This document shows positions 24,862 through 36,473 of a stretch of 64,000 bases of DNA, piece after piece (the stretch's first letter is position 1; each line of letters opens with the position of its first letter). A program made the translations under genes and the position numbers. Where the stretch lies: NCBI GenBank assembly GCA_002104905.1, contig MCFE01000226.1, positions 58,521-122,520 on the forward strand, in the 5' to 3' direction. Source of the stretch: Basidiobolus meristosporus CBS 931.73 (taxonomy: Eukaryota; Fungi; Basidiobolomycota). The notes under the pieces are model-generated. The model was given only the letters and a program-made list of their open reading frames with translations. It was not told the origin of the DNA and made no database searches.

Positions 24862-26597
24862 AATATTGGACTATTTGGTATCATTCAGCAGCTAGAAATT
24901 TACTTAACAATTCTAGGCTAGTCTTAGTCACTGTAGGACTCATTTACTGCCTTAGCTTTGCCACTTTCTCCAGATATATGAACTTATGATTATTCCCCTA
25001 TAGTCAGGATCAAATTAGCACTATTACCAAACATTATGTACTAACCCTGAAACTGTTACAGAATGCTCCTGAGTATTGAGAAACCCTCCCTACTTAGTGT
25101 TGCAGATGTATTACTTCTACAGAGGTATAAATACTGAGCTTCTTTATGAATAAACAACAGTTCAACTATTATCACTATTTCTTGATAAGTTCCTTATATC
25201 CAAATCACTTCTTAAATTGCAACAATTTCTACTAATTGCAGAACTATATAAAATATAACTATTTGGTAACTGCTATGGGAGTCTCAGGAATATATGTGTC
25301 AAGTTTCAGCTCATTTGGACAAGTTTCAAATTTGCCCAAAATTCTGTACTTCCCTGATTCCTAATAATTAGCATATATCTTATAAACATTTCTAAAGTTA
25401 ATAATCTGAGATGCATCACTTAACTTGTGCTAGTTAATAATACATTATCAATTAGGTGGATTCCTAATTATTTCAACAAGTATCAGGTGCATATCTTCAG
25501 CCCTTCTGTGCTCTTACACATCCTACCCAACATTGATCCAAAAAAAAATTGTTAAAAAATGGATTTTCTCCAGTACAATGGGTGAAACACAGGGGCTGCT
25601 TTGCATGAAGATGCAAAGCTATGTTTCACACTCTGTGGCCAAGTATAGGCTCACTTGGCCTCTCTGGCACACTATGGCATCATTTGGCACTCATGGCTCA
25701 ATGTGGCACTATCCAACAGAACAAGTTTATTAGCTCTGATACTGTAAGCTGGGTGGCAGATTCAGGTTGAGGAGAATCAGTGGCCAGTAGGATTTGCTGG
25801 AAGGGTACATGTTGAATAAGTATCCATGAAGTGCCAAGGCATATTCATGGTAATACATACCTTCAAAGTAGCCCTTGCTTCTTGCTGTTTGTTATTTTTG
25901 CCATCAAATTTATCAGATATATTTGCACTTGATTGATACTGAGTGCAGTGCTTTATAGCTTTGTGATATTTGTTGGACTGCATCATTTACCAGTAGATGG
26001 ATTACTGGACTCACTTGATTCCACAAAGTATCCTTGGCATTCTTTTCAGTGGGTGCTGCTGCATTGCCTATTAGGGTTTGACTGAGCTCATGTCTGGTAT
26101 TGTTGTTAGGGGTGATAGGCTCACAACCCATCAATGAGCCTTCTTTGTCAGAGCTATCACTCTGTGTGCCATATTCAAAAGGCTGAAGTGTGCCTAAAGG
26201 TGTTACAAACTCACCTGACTCAGTTTGCGCAAGGTTACAAAGATGGTCAGATGCCAATATGGAGGTATCAACTGGCCAGCAGCAGAAGAGCAGTTGGACA
26301 ACAACTTGCTTTGACATTTAGTGTAACAAGTGAGTCGACATCCAACAAAGGCCATGTTGACATTGTGCCCACTGAAAGTAATAATGCAGACTCCTCAGGC
26401 TCTCAGTCAAATAGGCAAATAGAACCTCCGCAGAGCCTCAGGCAGACTGTTATGCACAGGCAAATGAGAGTGTAGCAAACACATACCTCTGTTGAAGATC
26501 AGCAAGTGGTCATGATAACATTGCCACCACCCATATCAGCAAGTATGTTGTAAGCTCATACCAAAGCATAAATGAAGCAATTAGGTGCAGTGGTTGA

Positions 26598-26834
26598 TGT
26601 TGAAATATTTGACTATTTGTTATCATTCAGCAGCCAAAAATTTACTTAACAATTCTGGACTAGTCTTGGTTACTGTGTACAGCTCTAACTTTGCCACTTT
26701 CTGCAGATCTATGATCTTATAATTATTCCCTTAGAGTCAGGACAAGACCAGCACTATTACCAAACATTAAGTACTAACCCTGAAACCGTTACAGAATGCT
26801 CCTGAGTACTGAGAAACCCTCCTTACTTGGTGCT
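26598..26834 (+). mobile_element. Truncated family-1 LTR (older subfamily), cut by copia B
   Basis: Starts TGTTGAAATATTTGAC and ends at ...CCTTACTTGGTGCT, where the B LTR begins. Confidence 0.85.
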
Positions 26835-29800
26835 TGTTGCAATTTAAGAAGTGATTTGGATATAAGGAACTAATCAAGAAATAGTGATAATAGTTGAAAT
26901 GTTGTTTATTCATAAAGAAGCTCAGTATTTATACCATTGTAGAAGTAATACAGCTGCAACACTAAGTAGGGAGGGTTTCTCAATACTCAGGAGCATTCTG
27001 TAACAGTTTCAGGGTTAGTGCATAATGTTTGGTAATAGTGCTAATTTGATCCTGACCATAGTGGAATAATCATAAGATCATATATCTGGAGAAAGTGGCA
27101 AAGTTAAGGCAGTAAATGAGTCCAACAATGACTAAGACTAGCCTAGAATTGTTAAGTAAATTTCTAGCTGCTGAATGATACCAAATAGTCCAATATTTCA
27201 ACACTCCCCCTCAACCAAATAATTTCTTAATCCCAATTTCTCTCTAAGCATCTCAAACTGTGGCCTAGCTAGTGGTTTTGTCAATATGTCTGCCACCATT
27301 TTGTCAGTTGGGCAGTAAACCAGCTCTACTAAGTTATTTTCTACAGCTTCCCTCACAAAGTGATGCTGTATATCAATGTGCTTAGTTCTGGCATGATTAG
27401 TAGGATTTCTAGCTAATGAAATACAACTTTGATTATCCTTGTAAATATATGTTGGTTCACCTGAATTAAAACCTAAGTCTTTGAACAATTTTTGTAGCCA
27501 TATAGCCTCCTTAGTTGCTTGACATGCAGCCATATATTCGGCTTCAGTTGTAGATAGTGCCACAGTTGGTTGTTTCTTGCAATTCCAAGTAATAGCTGCA
27601 CCAGCATAAAGAAATACATAGCCTGTGGTAGAGCGTCTATCAATCAAATCCCTACCCCAATCTGAATCACTATAACCATCAAATATTTGCCTATTAGCTG
27701 CTCCATAGTATTCCAGTACCATATTTATGGTACCTTGTAGATATCTGAAAATCCGCTTAACTGCTGCAATTTGATCTGATCCATAATTCTGCATGAATTG
27801 ACTGACTATTCCAACTGCTACTGCAATATCTGGACGTGTAGACACCATCAAGTACATTAGGCTACCAACCATTGATTGATAGGGAAAGTTTTGGTCCATA
27901 TTTGAGCCGTTTTCATCTATAACTGGCTGAGATTTACTTAATTTCAGGTTATTGTCCATAGGGGTTGCTGCTGGTTTGCAATTTTCATTTTTAAGCGTCT
28001 AAGAATGTCCCTGATGTACTTAGACTGATTCAGCACAATTTTCTGTGTAGGTATGTCAAATTTGACCTCAATTCCAAGAAAATAGCTCAACTTTCCAAGA
28101 TCTTTCATCTCAAACTTGCTGAAGAGATCTGATTTCGTCTGTTTAAGTGCCTCTTGATCACTTGTAGCTATAATTAGGTCGTCCACATAAAGAACTAGGA
28201 TGATCACACCCTTTTTGAGCTGTTTCACATATATACTGTAATCTGCAGTGCTATGAGAGAACCCAATTTCCTCTAGATATGTGTCAATCTTGTTATACCA
28301 TGCTCTGGGTGCCTGCTTAAGCCCATACAATGATTTTCTAAGTTTGCACACCTTATGGGGGCTTTTTGGATCGGTAAAACCTTCTGGTTGCTCCATATAT
28401 ATAGTTTCTTGCAAATCCCCATTTAGAAAGGCTGTTTTGACATCCATTTGGTGTAGATCTAGACTGTGTACAACTGCCAGGGCTAGAACTGTCCTAATAG
28501 AGTTAAACTTGGCAACCGGAGCAAATGTTTCCTTAAAGTCTAGTCCCTGGATCTGGGAATAGCCTTTAGCTACCAATCTAGCCTTGTACTTATCAACGGC
28601 ACCATTTGAGGTTATCTTGATCTTGTAGACCCATCTACATCCTATTGGCTTTCTCCCATTTGGTAAATCTACCAGTTCCCACGTTTTTGCCTTGATCAGT
28701 GATTGGTACTCCTCCTGCATGGCTTGTTGCCACTTAGTAGCATCTGGACCTTGCATTGCCTGTTCCAGATTCTGAGGTTTGACACATAAGGCAAGATAAG
28801 CTTCTTCATGATCATTGAATGTCAGCCACCAGGATCCAGGGGCATTTCTTATTCTGGTAGATCTCCTAACTGGGATAATCTGTTCTGATCTGGAACTGGT
28901 AGAAGTATCTTCCATCTCTGGCTAGATTTGGTACATATCTTCTTCATTTGTGTTGATTGCATCATCAGGCAGCTGGCCAATGATTTCTGTGGCTTTCTGA
29001 TCTGAATTCTCCTCAAATCCAACGTCCCTGCTCTTGATCAGCTTCTGAATTTTGCCATCATACACTCTATACCCTTTAGTATCTTCACAATACCCAAGAA
29101 AGATCCCTTTTCTACTCTTTGGTTCCAACTTTGAGCGTTTGTTGTCAGGGATGTGATAAAAAACATCACTGCCGAAGATCCTGAGGTGCTGGAGATCTGG
29201 TTTTTTGCCTGTATATGCTTCAAAGGGTGTAGAATCACGTAGTGGTGTTGTTGGGCATCTGTTCTTGATGTATACAGCGGTAGCAACAGATTCAGCCCAA
29301 AACTTGTAGTCCATTCCCTTATCATGTAGCATAGATCTTCCCATCTCTACTATTGTTCTATTTGCATGTTGTGCTACTCCATTTTGCTGTGGTGTATGAG
29401 GAGCAGTGGTCTGTTGAAGTATACCAGTAGACAAGCAGTATTTTGCAAACTCCTTTCAGCAGTATTCTCCTCCATTGTCACTTTGTAGTACCTTCAATTT
29501 ACACCCAGTTTGTGTTTCTGCCATGTTCTTGAAGTGCTTAAATGTATCTAAAGCGTCATCCTTTGTTTTGAGGAAGTACACCCATGTATATCTTGTCTTG
29601 TCATCAATAAACGTCATAAAGTATCTCTTGGCTCCAAAGGACAGTGTTCTCATGGGGCCACATATGTCTGAGTGTACAATAGCCCATATTTTGATGGTAT
29701 TGATGCCTTCTGAGCTCTTGAAATGTTGCCTAGCTTGTTTGCCATATGAACATCCCTTACAAACATTCAATTTGATTGGAATTGAGTATTTTAGGCCCAA

Positions 29801-31519
29801 AACAAGCTGATTTTTCACCAATTGGCTCATTTTCTGTTCCCCAATGTATCCTAGCCTCCTATGCCACGTCTCCCAGTTGGTTTAATCAGTTTCAGCAATG
29901 TTGACATACTCAGGTACAATGATCTTGCATTGTAACTTGTATATATTGTGATCTCTGATTCCCGAAGCTAATTTTTGTTCATTTTCACTCAATATTGAGC
30001 AGCTCAGCTTAGTAAAAACAAATTTCAGTCCCTGAGTAGTTTCTTTACTGACTGAGAGTAGGTTCTTAGCTATTCCAGGTACATTCAGTACATCAGTCAG
30101 TTTTGCTGTTGTTGCCCCTGAGTTATCACTCATATTTAGTTGTATAGACCCACTGGCGGTAGCTTCCAATGCAGAGTTATCTCCCAGATAAACCTTTCTT
30201 ACGGGAATAGTCTTTGAGTTGCTGAACCAATCCTTTATACCACAAATATGCTGTGATGCTCCAGAGTCAATATACCATTCATTACTTTGGTTACTTGCAT
30301 TCTCTTGTACAGTGACAAATAGCTGTTCATCAGTAGTTATATGGTTTGCCTGCTCTAGTTTCTGTTTTTTGTCTGCTTGTTTCTTCTTGCATTCTCTTGC
30401 CCAGTGTCCTGGCTTCTTACAGTAGTTACAGCAGCCAGGTTTTCTTCGGTTTTGTTGCTTTCCCTTCTTTTCTGTATGCCTTTCAGAGCTGAATAAAGCA
30501 TTATCTTGAATTTTCTCTGCTTGATCATTACGTCTGAGTTCTTCATGGAGAAGTCTTCCTTTGACATAGTGTAAAGTCAAGTTGTCTTCTCTGCTTTCAA
30601 AAGAAAGTATGAGTGGCTCATACTCGTCTGGTAGGCTGCAAAGCAGACAGAGTATCTTTTCTTCATCATCTACACCAGCATTAATACTCTAAAGTACTTC
30701 TGCAAGTGTCTCCATTCTGGTAATGAGTTGTAGCATGTCATCATCTGGCTTTTTTCTCATGATGAAGAACTTTTGTTTCAAATAAAGCTTGCTTGATACT
30801 GACTTTGCTCTAAAGATCTTCTCTAAGGATTCCCATGCTGCTTTGGCAGTATTTGAGGCATAGATTTGTCCAATGAAGGAGTCTTGCACATTGATGCATA
30901 TTGCATTGAAGGCCTTTCTCTCCTTCTCTTGAAACTTCTCCTCATCTTCTGCTGTTCCTTTGGGCTCAACTTCCTTTCCTGTTACTATGTTCCAAAGCTT
31001 TCTTTCCTCAAGGTGGATCTGCATCTTGATTGTCCAAAGTCTGTAGTTCTTCCCATCAAACCTCTCCTTTACAGGGAAGATGTTTGTGTTGTTCTGTTTA
31101 CTGGTAGAAGTCATCTTTAGAATAGATTAAGGCAATCGGGGCTCATAACCTGTAGCAATTTAAGAAGTGATTTGGATATAAGGAACCTATCAAGAAATAG
31201 TGATAATAGTTGAACTGTTGTTTATTCATAAAGAAGCTCAGTATTTATACCTCTGTAGAAGTAATACAGCTGCAACACTAAGTAGGGAGGGTTTCTCAAT
31301 ATTCAGGAGCATTCTGTAACAGTTTCAGGGTTAGTACATAATGTTTGGTAATAGTGCTAATTTGATCCTGACTATAGGGGAATATTCATAAGTTTATATA
31401 TCTGGAGAAAGTGGCAAAGTTAAGGCAGTATATGAGTCCTACAGTGACTAAGACTAGTCTAGAGTTGTCAAGTAGATTTTTAGCTGCTGAATGATACCAA
31501 GTAGTCCACTATTTCAACA
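26835..31519 (-). mobile_element. Copia copy B, full length but pseudogenised, with no TSD
   Basis: LTRs 26835-27203 and 31151-31519. Gag-pol is broken into six ORF pieces by stops and frameshifts. Flanks GTGCT versus CTGTT do not match. Confidence 0.95.
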
Positions 31520-34500
31520 CTGTTTACACCAAGTCTGTGTTTCTGCCATGTTCTTGAAGTGCTTTAACATCCCTAAAGCTTCATTTTTTGTTATGAGGAA
31601 GTACACCCATGTATATGTTGTTTTGACATCACTAAAGGTCATTAGGTATCTTTTGGCTCCAAAGGACTTTGTTTTCATGGGCCAGATATATCTGAGTGTA
31701 CAATAGCCAATATTTTGGTGGTATTGATGCCTTCTGAGCTCTTGAAACATTGCCTAGCTTATTTGCCATATGAACATCCCTTAAAAACATTCAATTTGAT
31801 CTGAATTGAGTATTTTAGGCCCAAAACAAGCTGATAATTCACCAATTGGCTCATTTTCTGTTCCCCAATGTATCCTAGCCTCCTATGCCATGTCTCCCAG
31901 TTGGTTTCATCAGTTTCAGCAATGTTGACATACTCAGGTACAATGATCTTGCATTGTAACTTGTATATATTGTGATCTCTGATTCCCAGAGCTTATTTTT
32001 GTCCATTCTCACTCAATATTGAGCAGCTCATCTTAGTAAAAGCAAATTTCAGTACCTGAGCGGTTGCTTTACTGACTGAGAGTAGATTCTTAGCTATTCC
32101 AGGTTTATAGAGTACGTCAGTGATTGTTGATGGGTTATCTCCTAGATAAACCTTTCTTACGGGAATAGCTTTCAGGTTGCTGAACTACTCATTGATACCA
32201 CAAATATGCTGTGATGCTCCAGAGTCAATATACCATTCATTACTTTGGTTACTTGCATTCTCTTGTATGGTTACAACTAACTGTTGATCTGTAGTTATAT
32301 GGTTTGCCTGCTCCAGTTTCTGTTTTTTGTCTGCTTGTTTCTTCTTGCATTCTCTTGCCCAGTGTCCTGACTTTTTACAATAGTTGCAGTAACCAGGTAT
32401 TCTTAGGTTTTGTTGTTTTCCCTTCTTTTCTGAGTGCCTTTCTGAGCTGAATAAAGCATTATCTTTGATTTTCTCTGCTTGATCATTAGGTCTGAGTTCT
32501 TCATGGAGAAGTCTTCCTTTGATATAGTCTAAAGTCAAGTTGTCTTCTCTGCTTTCAGAGGAAAGCACAAGTGGCTGATACTTGTCTGGTAGGACGCAAT
32601 GCAGACAGAGTATCTTTTCTTCATCATCTGCACCAGTGTTGATACGTTAAAGTTCTTCTGCAAGTGTCTCCATTGTGGTAATGTGAGTGTGAGGCTCCAG
32701 AGTCAATATATCATACATTACTTTGGTTACTTGCACTCTCTTGTGCAGTTACAAATGCCTGTTCATCAGTAGTTATAAGGTTTGCCTGCTCTAGTTTCAG
32801 TTTTTTTGTCTGCCTGTTTCTTCTTGCATTCTCTTGCCCAGTATCATGGCTTTTTACAGTAGCTGCAGCAATCAGGTTTATTTTGGTTTTATGGCTTTCC
32901 TTTCTTTTCTGAATGCCTTTCTAAACTCAACAAAGCATTATCTACAATTTTCACTGCTTGATCATTATGCATGAGCTCTTCATGGAGTAGTCTTCCTTTG
33001 ACATAATCTAAAGTCATATTGTCTTCTCAGCTTTCCAAAGAAAGTATGAGTGGCTCATACTTGTGTGGTAGGCTGCAAAGCAGACAGAGTATCATTTCTT
33101 CATCATGTACACCAGCATTAGTACTGTAAAGTTCTTCTGCAAGTGTCTCCACTCAGATAATGAGTTGCAGCATGTCATCATCTGGTTTCTTCCTCATGTT
33201 GAAGAACTTTTGTTTCAAATAAAGCTTGCTTGATACTGACTTTGCTCTAAAGATCCTCTCTAAGGATTCCCATGCTGCTTTAGCAGTATTTGAGGCATGG
33301 ATTTGTCCAATGAAGGAATCTTGCACATTGATAAATATGGCATTAAAGTCCTTTCTCTCCTTCTCTTGAGACTTCTCCACATCTTCTGTTGTTCCTTTGG
33401 GTGCAACTTCTTTTCCTGTTACTACATTCCAAAGCTTCCTTTCCTCAAGGTGGATCTGCATCTTGATTCTCAAAAATCTGTGGTTCTTTCCATCAAACCT
33501 CTCCTTTACAGGGAAGATGTTTGTGTTGTTCTGTTTACTGGTAGAAGTCATCTTTTAGAATAGATTAAGGCAATCAGGACTCATTGCCTGTTGTAGTTTA
33601 AGAAGTGACTTGGATATAAGGAACCTATCAAGATGTAGTGATAATATTTGAACTGCTACTTATTAACAAGTAGAGATTAGCCCAATTAGACCAAATGGTC
33701 CAATTGTATTTAAGTTATTTTGACCTCATAGCAAGGATATATGAAGTCTAAATGAAGTTTATGAAATCTCTCTGGTATGCACTTTGTGCTGGTTTTTTTG
33801 ATTTTTTCAAAATGGTTGCAAATACTTTGTCTTATATTGCCTTTACTGAAGCAACTTTTGGCAAATTTTAATTGGACCAAATGGTCTAACACATCATTGA
33901 TGAATTCATGGGTATGGCTTTAAGCAATTATATTTCAAACATTTAATAGCCAATCCTACTAACTGCAAAGAATTATTGAGCATTATTTGTTTTTTCATAT
34001 ACCACCTTCAAGTGCCTGGTATAGCAGTCTTTACACATTGGGTGGCCAGGGTTGCAACTGCATGAAAACTCAACCTTAGTGCCTGTAACATGAGCGGCAG
34101 TACAAGTTTTGCAAGCTAATCTACGGCTCTTTGAGCCATAACCTTTACTCATCAACAGGTAAGTGTGATTTTCATCACTTCTGAGGTGCCTCTGACTACC
34201 CAAGGGCCCCTTGATGTCTGGACCGGTCAAATTCTTACAATATTGCAAGAAATTGTATGCTAAAATATCCTTGAAAGAGAAATGAGATACGCCACACTTT
34301 TGGTAAGAAAATGTACGATAAGATCTATAGGCATTGGCTTTGCAAATACCCAGGATGAAGCCGTAGAAACGCATCACCCATCTTTCTGTAGATATAACAT
34401 CATGATAAGATGTCAAATTATCTTGAAGGTTATTGGCAGCATCAACCAAACCTACATATATAGTAAATGGAGCACATGTTGTTTCTTCAAGACAGGATTC

Positions 34501-36473
34501 TACTTACTTTTATGTTCTCATATTCTTCAACCACTTCCGGTTGCTGAGTGGTTATCACCTCACCATTGTCCCCTACAAAAGTTCTCCGTCCAGTAAGCCT
34601 TGTTGTGCTGCAAGAAGAAATAAATGCTTTGATCTTGTAATCACAGTAGGCGCAGACAAAGATTCTTGCGCTCCTTGTTGTCTTGTTCATAGTAAAGTGA
34701 GCACCATACAAGTTGCCAACACTGGCAACAATATTGGTGGTGGGCATACCGCATGGCCAGTAACAGCGCTTAGTCACTTGCATAATGGAATACAGACTAA
34801 GTTCAGCCAGCATCATTGTCATATTTGGGGATCCAAACCAAGAGTCAGCAATAACGGTACGGCCAGTACCAAACCGAGGCTTGACTAATTGCTTGACAGT
34901 GGAAGTTAACTTGGACATACCAGGATCATTGTCATATTCCTTCTGTAACCAATCACTCACTGTATCTATTCTCAGGATACAAGAAGTGTGAAGGTCTGCT
35001 GAAGTCTTGAACTCCTGTCCAATGGGATGCGGCTTCCTTGGAACTTTCTTAACATTGGGCAAACCAGCTCCTAACCATTGATTCATTGATTTGTCAATGA
35101 CTAAATACTTGCAGGGCTCTAAACAAGTTTTCATGTGTTCATTAAAGGCGTCAATAGTTGATCTATTTGATAAAGAGCATCAATTTCTTGATGTTCTTGG
35201 GAAGGGATTTCAAGAACGTGCATTTTCAGAATCTCTTTAAATCTTCTACACAAAATATATTCCGTAAAGTCAATGTTCATTAAGAAATGAGAAGAGCCTT
35301 GCTTCCAGTAAGCTTTTTTGTCGGAATGATTGATAACTGTCATTACAGTTATTAATGCAATCCACATCATGTACTCAGCAAATGTAATGTCAGTCCAGGG
35401 GCCAATGCTAGTTGCATGAGCATTAATCCTCCAAACAATAGTGCAAAAGTGATCTAAAGGAAGGAAGAACAAAAAATAATCCAGTGGTGAGGCATTTCTA
35501 GCATTTTCATATTTAACCAAGCTTTCAAGGAGGTAAAACCATCAGCCAGCCCACTTGTACGGGAATCAATATATACTTCCCCAGTTATCCAGGTGTCTGC
35601 TGCAGTAAGGTCAATTTCATCTTCCTCCTGCTCCTCTTCTTGGATTGCATCCTCCAATAGGTCTTCAGTAACAATACTCTCGGTAGTATTAGCAGTTGCA
35701 GGTTCAATGTTTCCCAAGGTATCATTACTGTTAGTCTTGATATACTTTAAACAGTTTTGTGAAAGAGTCAATGTAATCCCTGGTACCAGATCCAAAATGA
35801 CATCATATTTCACATTGCCGTTGACTGTTGAGCAGTGCAGTGGTAACTCCCTTGAAGCTCAAACCAGGTGTATTCCAGTCAAAACGCAGAGATAAAAGTG
35901 ATTTGACTTCCTTATGTTTGATAAATTGCTTGGATACTGATACACGCACATTAACATCAAGATGTTTACTGGCAGGAGCATGGTTTAAGTCTTAAGAAAA
36001 GATAAAACAAATATGACAAATTATCAAAACAACTCCAAAAAATAAATATTCAGATTCTTGTTTATCAGAATATGATATGAAATAAACAAAGTAAGACACC
36101 CATCCAGAAAAAACAATTGTAATAAATTAGACCATTTGGTCCAAATTGGACCAAATGGTCCAGCCAAAACTCTACTTGTTAATAAAGAAGCTCAGTAACT
36201 ATACCTTTGTAGAAGTAATACAGCTGTAGCACTAAGTAAGGAGGGTTTCTCAATATTCAGCAGCATTCTGTAACAGTTTCAGGGTTAGTACATAATAGTT
36301 AGTATTAGTGCTAATTTGATCCTGACTACAGGCAAATAATCATTAGATCATAGATCTGAAGAAAGTGGCAAAGTTAGAGCGGTAAAATAGTCCTACAGTG
36401 ACCAAGACTAGTCCAGAATTGTCAACTAAATTTTTAGCTGCAGAAAGATACCAAATAGTCCAATATTTCAACA
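31520..36473 (-). mobile_element. Copia copy C: 5' half only (gag to start of IN); 5' LTR (33589-33666 plus 36179-36473) split by a piggyBac element
   Basis: Gag ATG at 33551, degenerate PBS next to the LTR. The two LTR parts sum to 369 bp after removing one TTAA. Confidence 0.9.
33667..36178 (-). mobile_element. piggyBac-like (PGBD4/DDE_Tnp_1_7) DNA transposon, 2.5 kb, frameshifted transposase
   Basis: TTAA TSD (33663-33666, 36179-36182). TIR CAAGTAGAG. Minus ORFs contain VID(K)SM, IADSWFGS, VDAANN and a C-terminal CxxC..CxC..CxxC..H domain. Confidence 0.9.

Larger units (their letters stand above)
20539..25224 (+). mobile_element. Full-length Ty1/copia retrotransposon, copy A (LTRs 20539-20907 and 24856-25224, 369 bp)
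   Basis: TG...CA LTRs with 7 mismatches. Perfect TSD ATTTC. PBS GGTTATGAGCCCTG at 20908. PPT GAGGGGGAG before the 3' LTR. Confidence 0.97.
20440..25478 (-). mobile_element. Solo LTR family 2 (~348 bp) split by copia A
   Basis: Parts 20440-20538 and 25230-25478 are the reverse complement of 19671-20009. Flanks AGTAC/AGTAT. Confidence 0.85.
19334..25728. mobile_element. Fold-back MITE expanded by nested LTR/copia insertions
   Basis: Left TIR at 19334, middle part 20271-20439, right arm 25479-25728. Perfect 3-bp TSD ATT on both sides. Confidence 0.85.
18053..26270 (-). mobile_element. CACTA-like transposase pseudogene hosting a nested block (host parts 18053-19333 and 25729-~26270)
   Basis: Host sequence is colinear across the insertion (CATCAGATATT | ATTAGCTCTGATAC versus CATCAGATTTCTGCTCTGATAC at ~5755). 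Confidence 0.8.
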
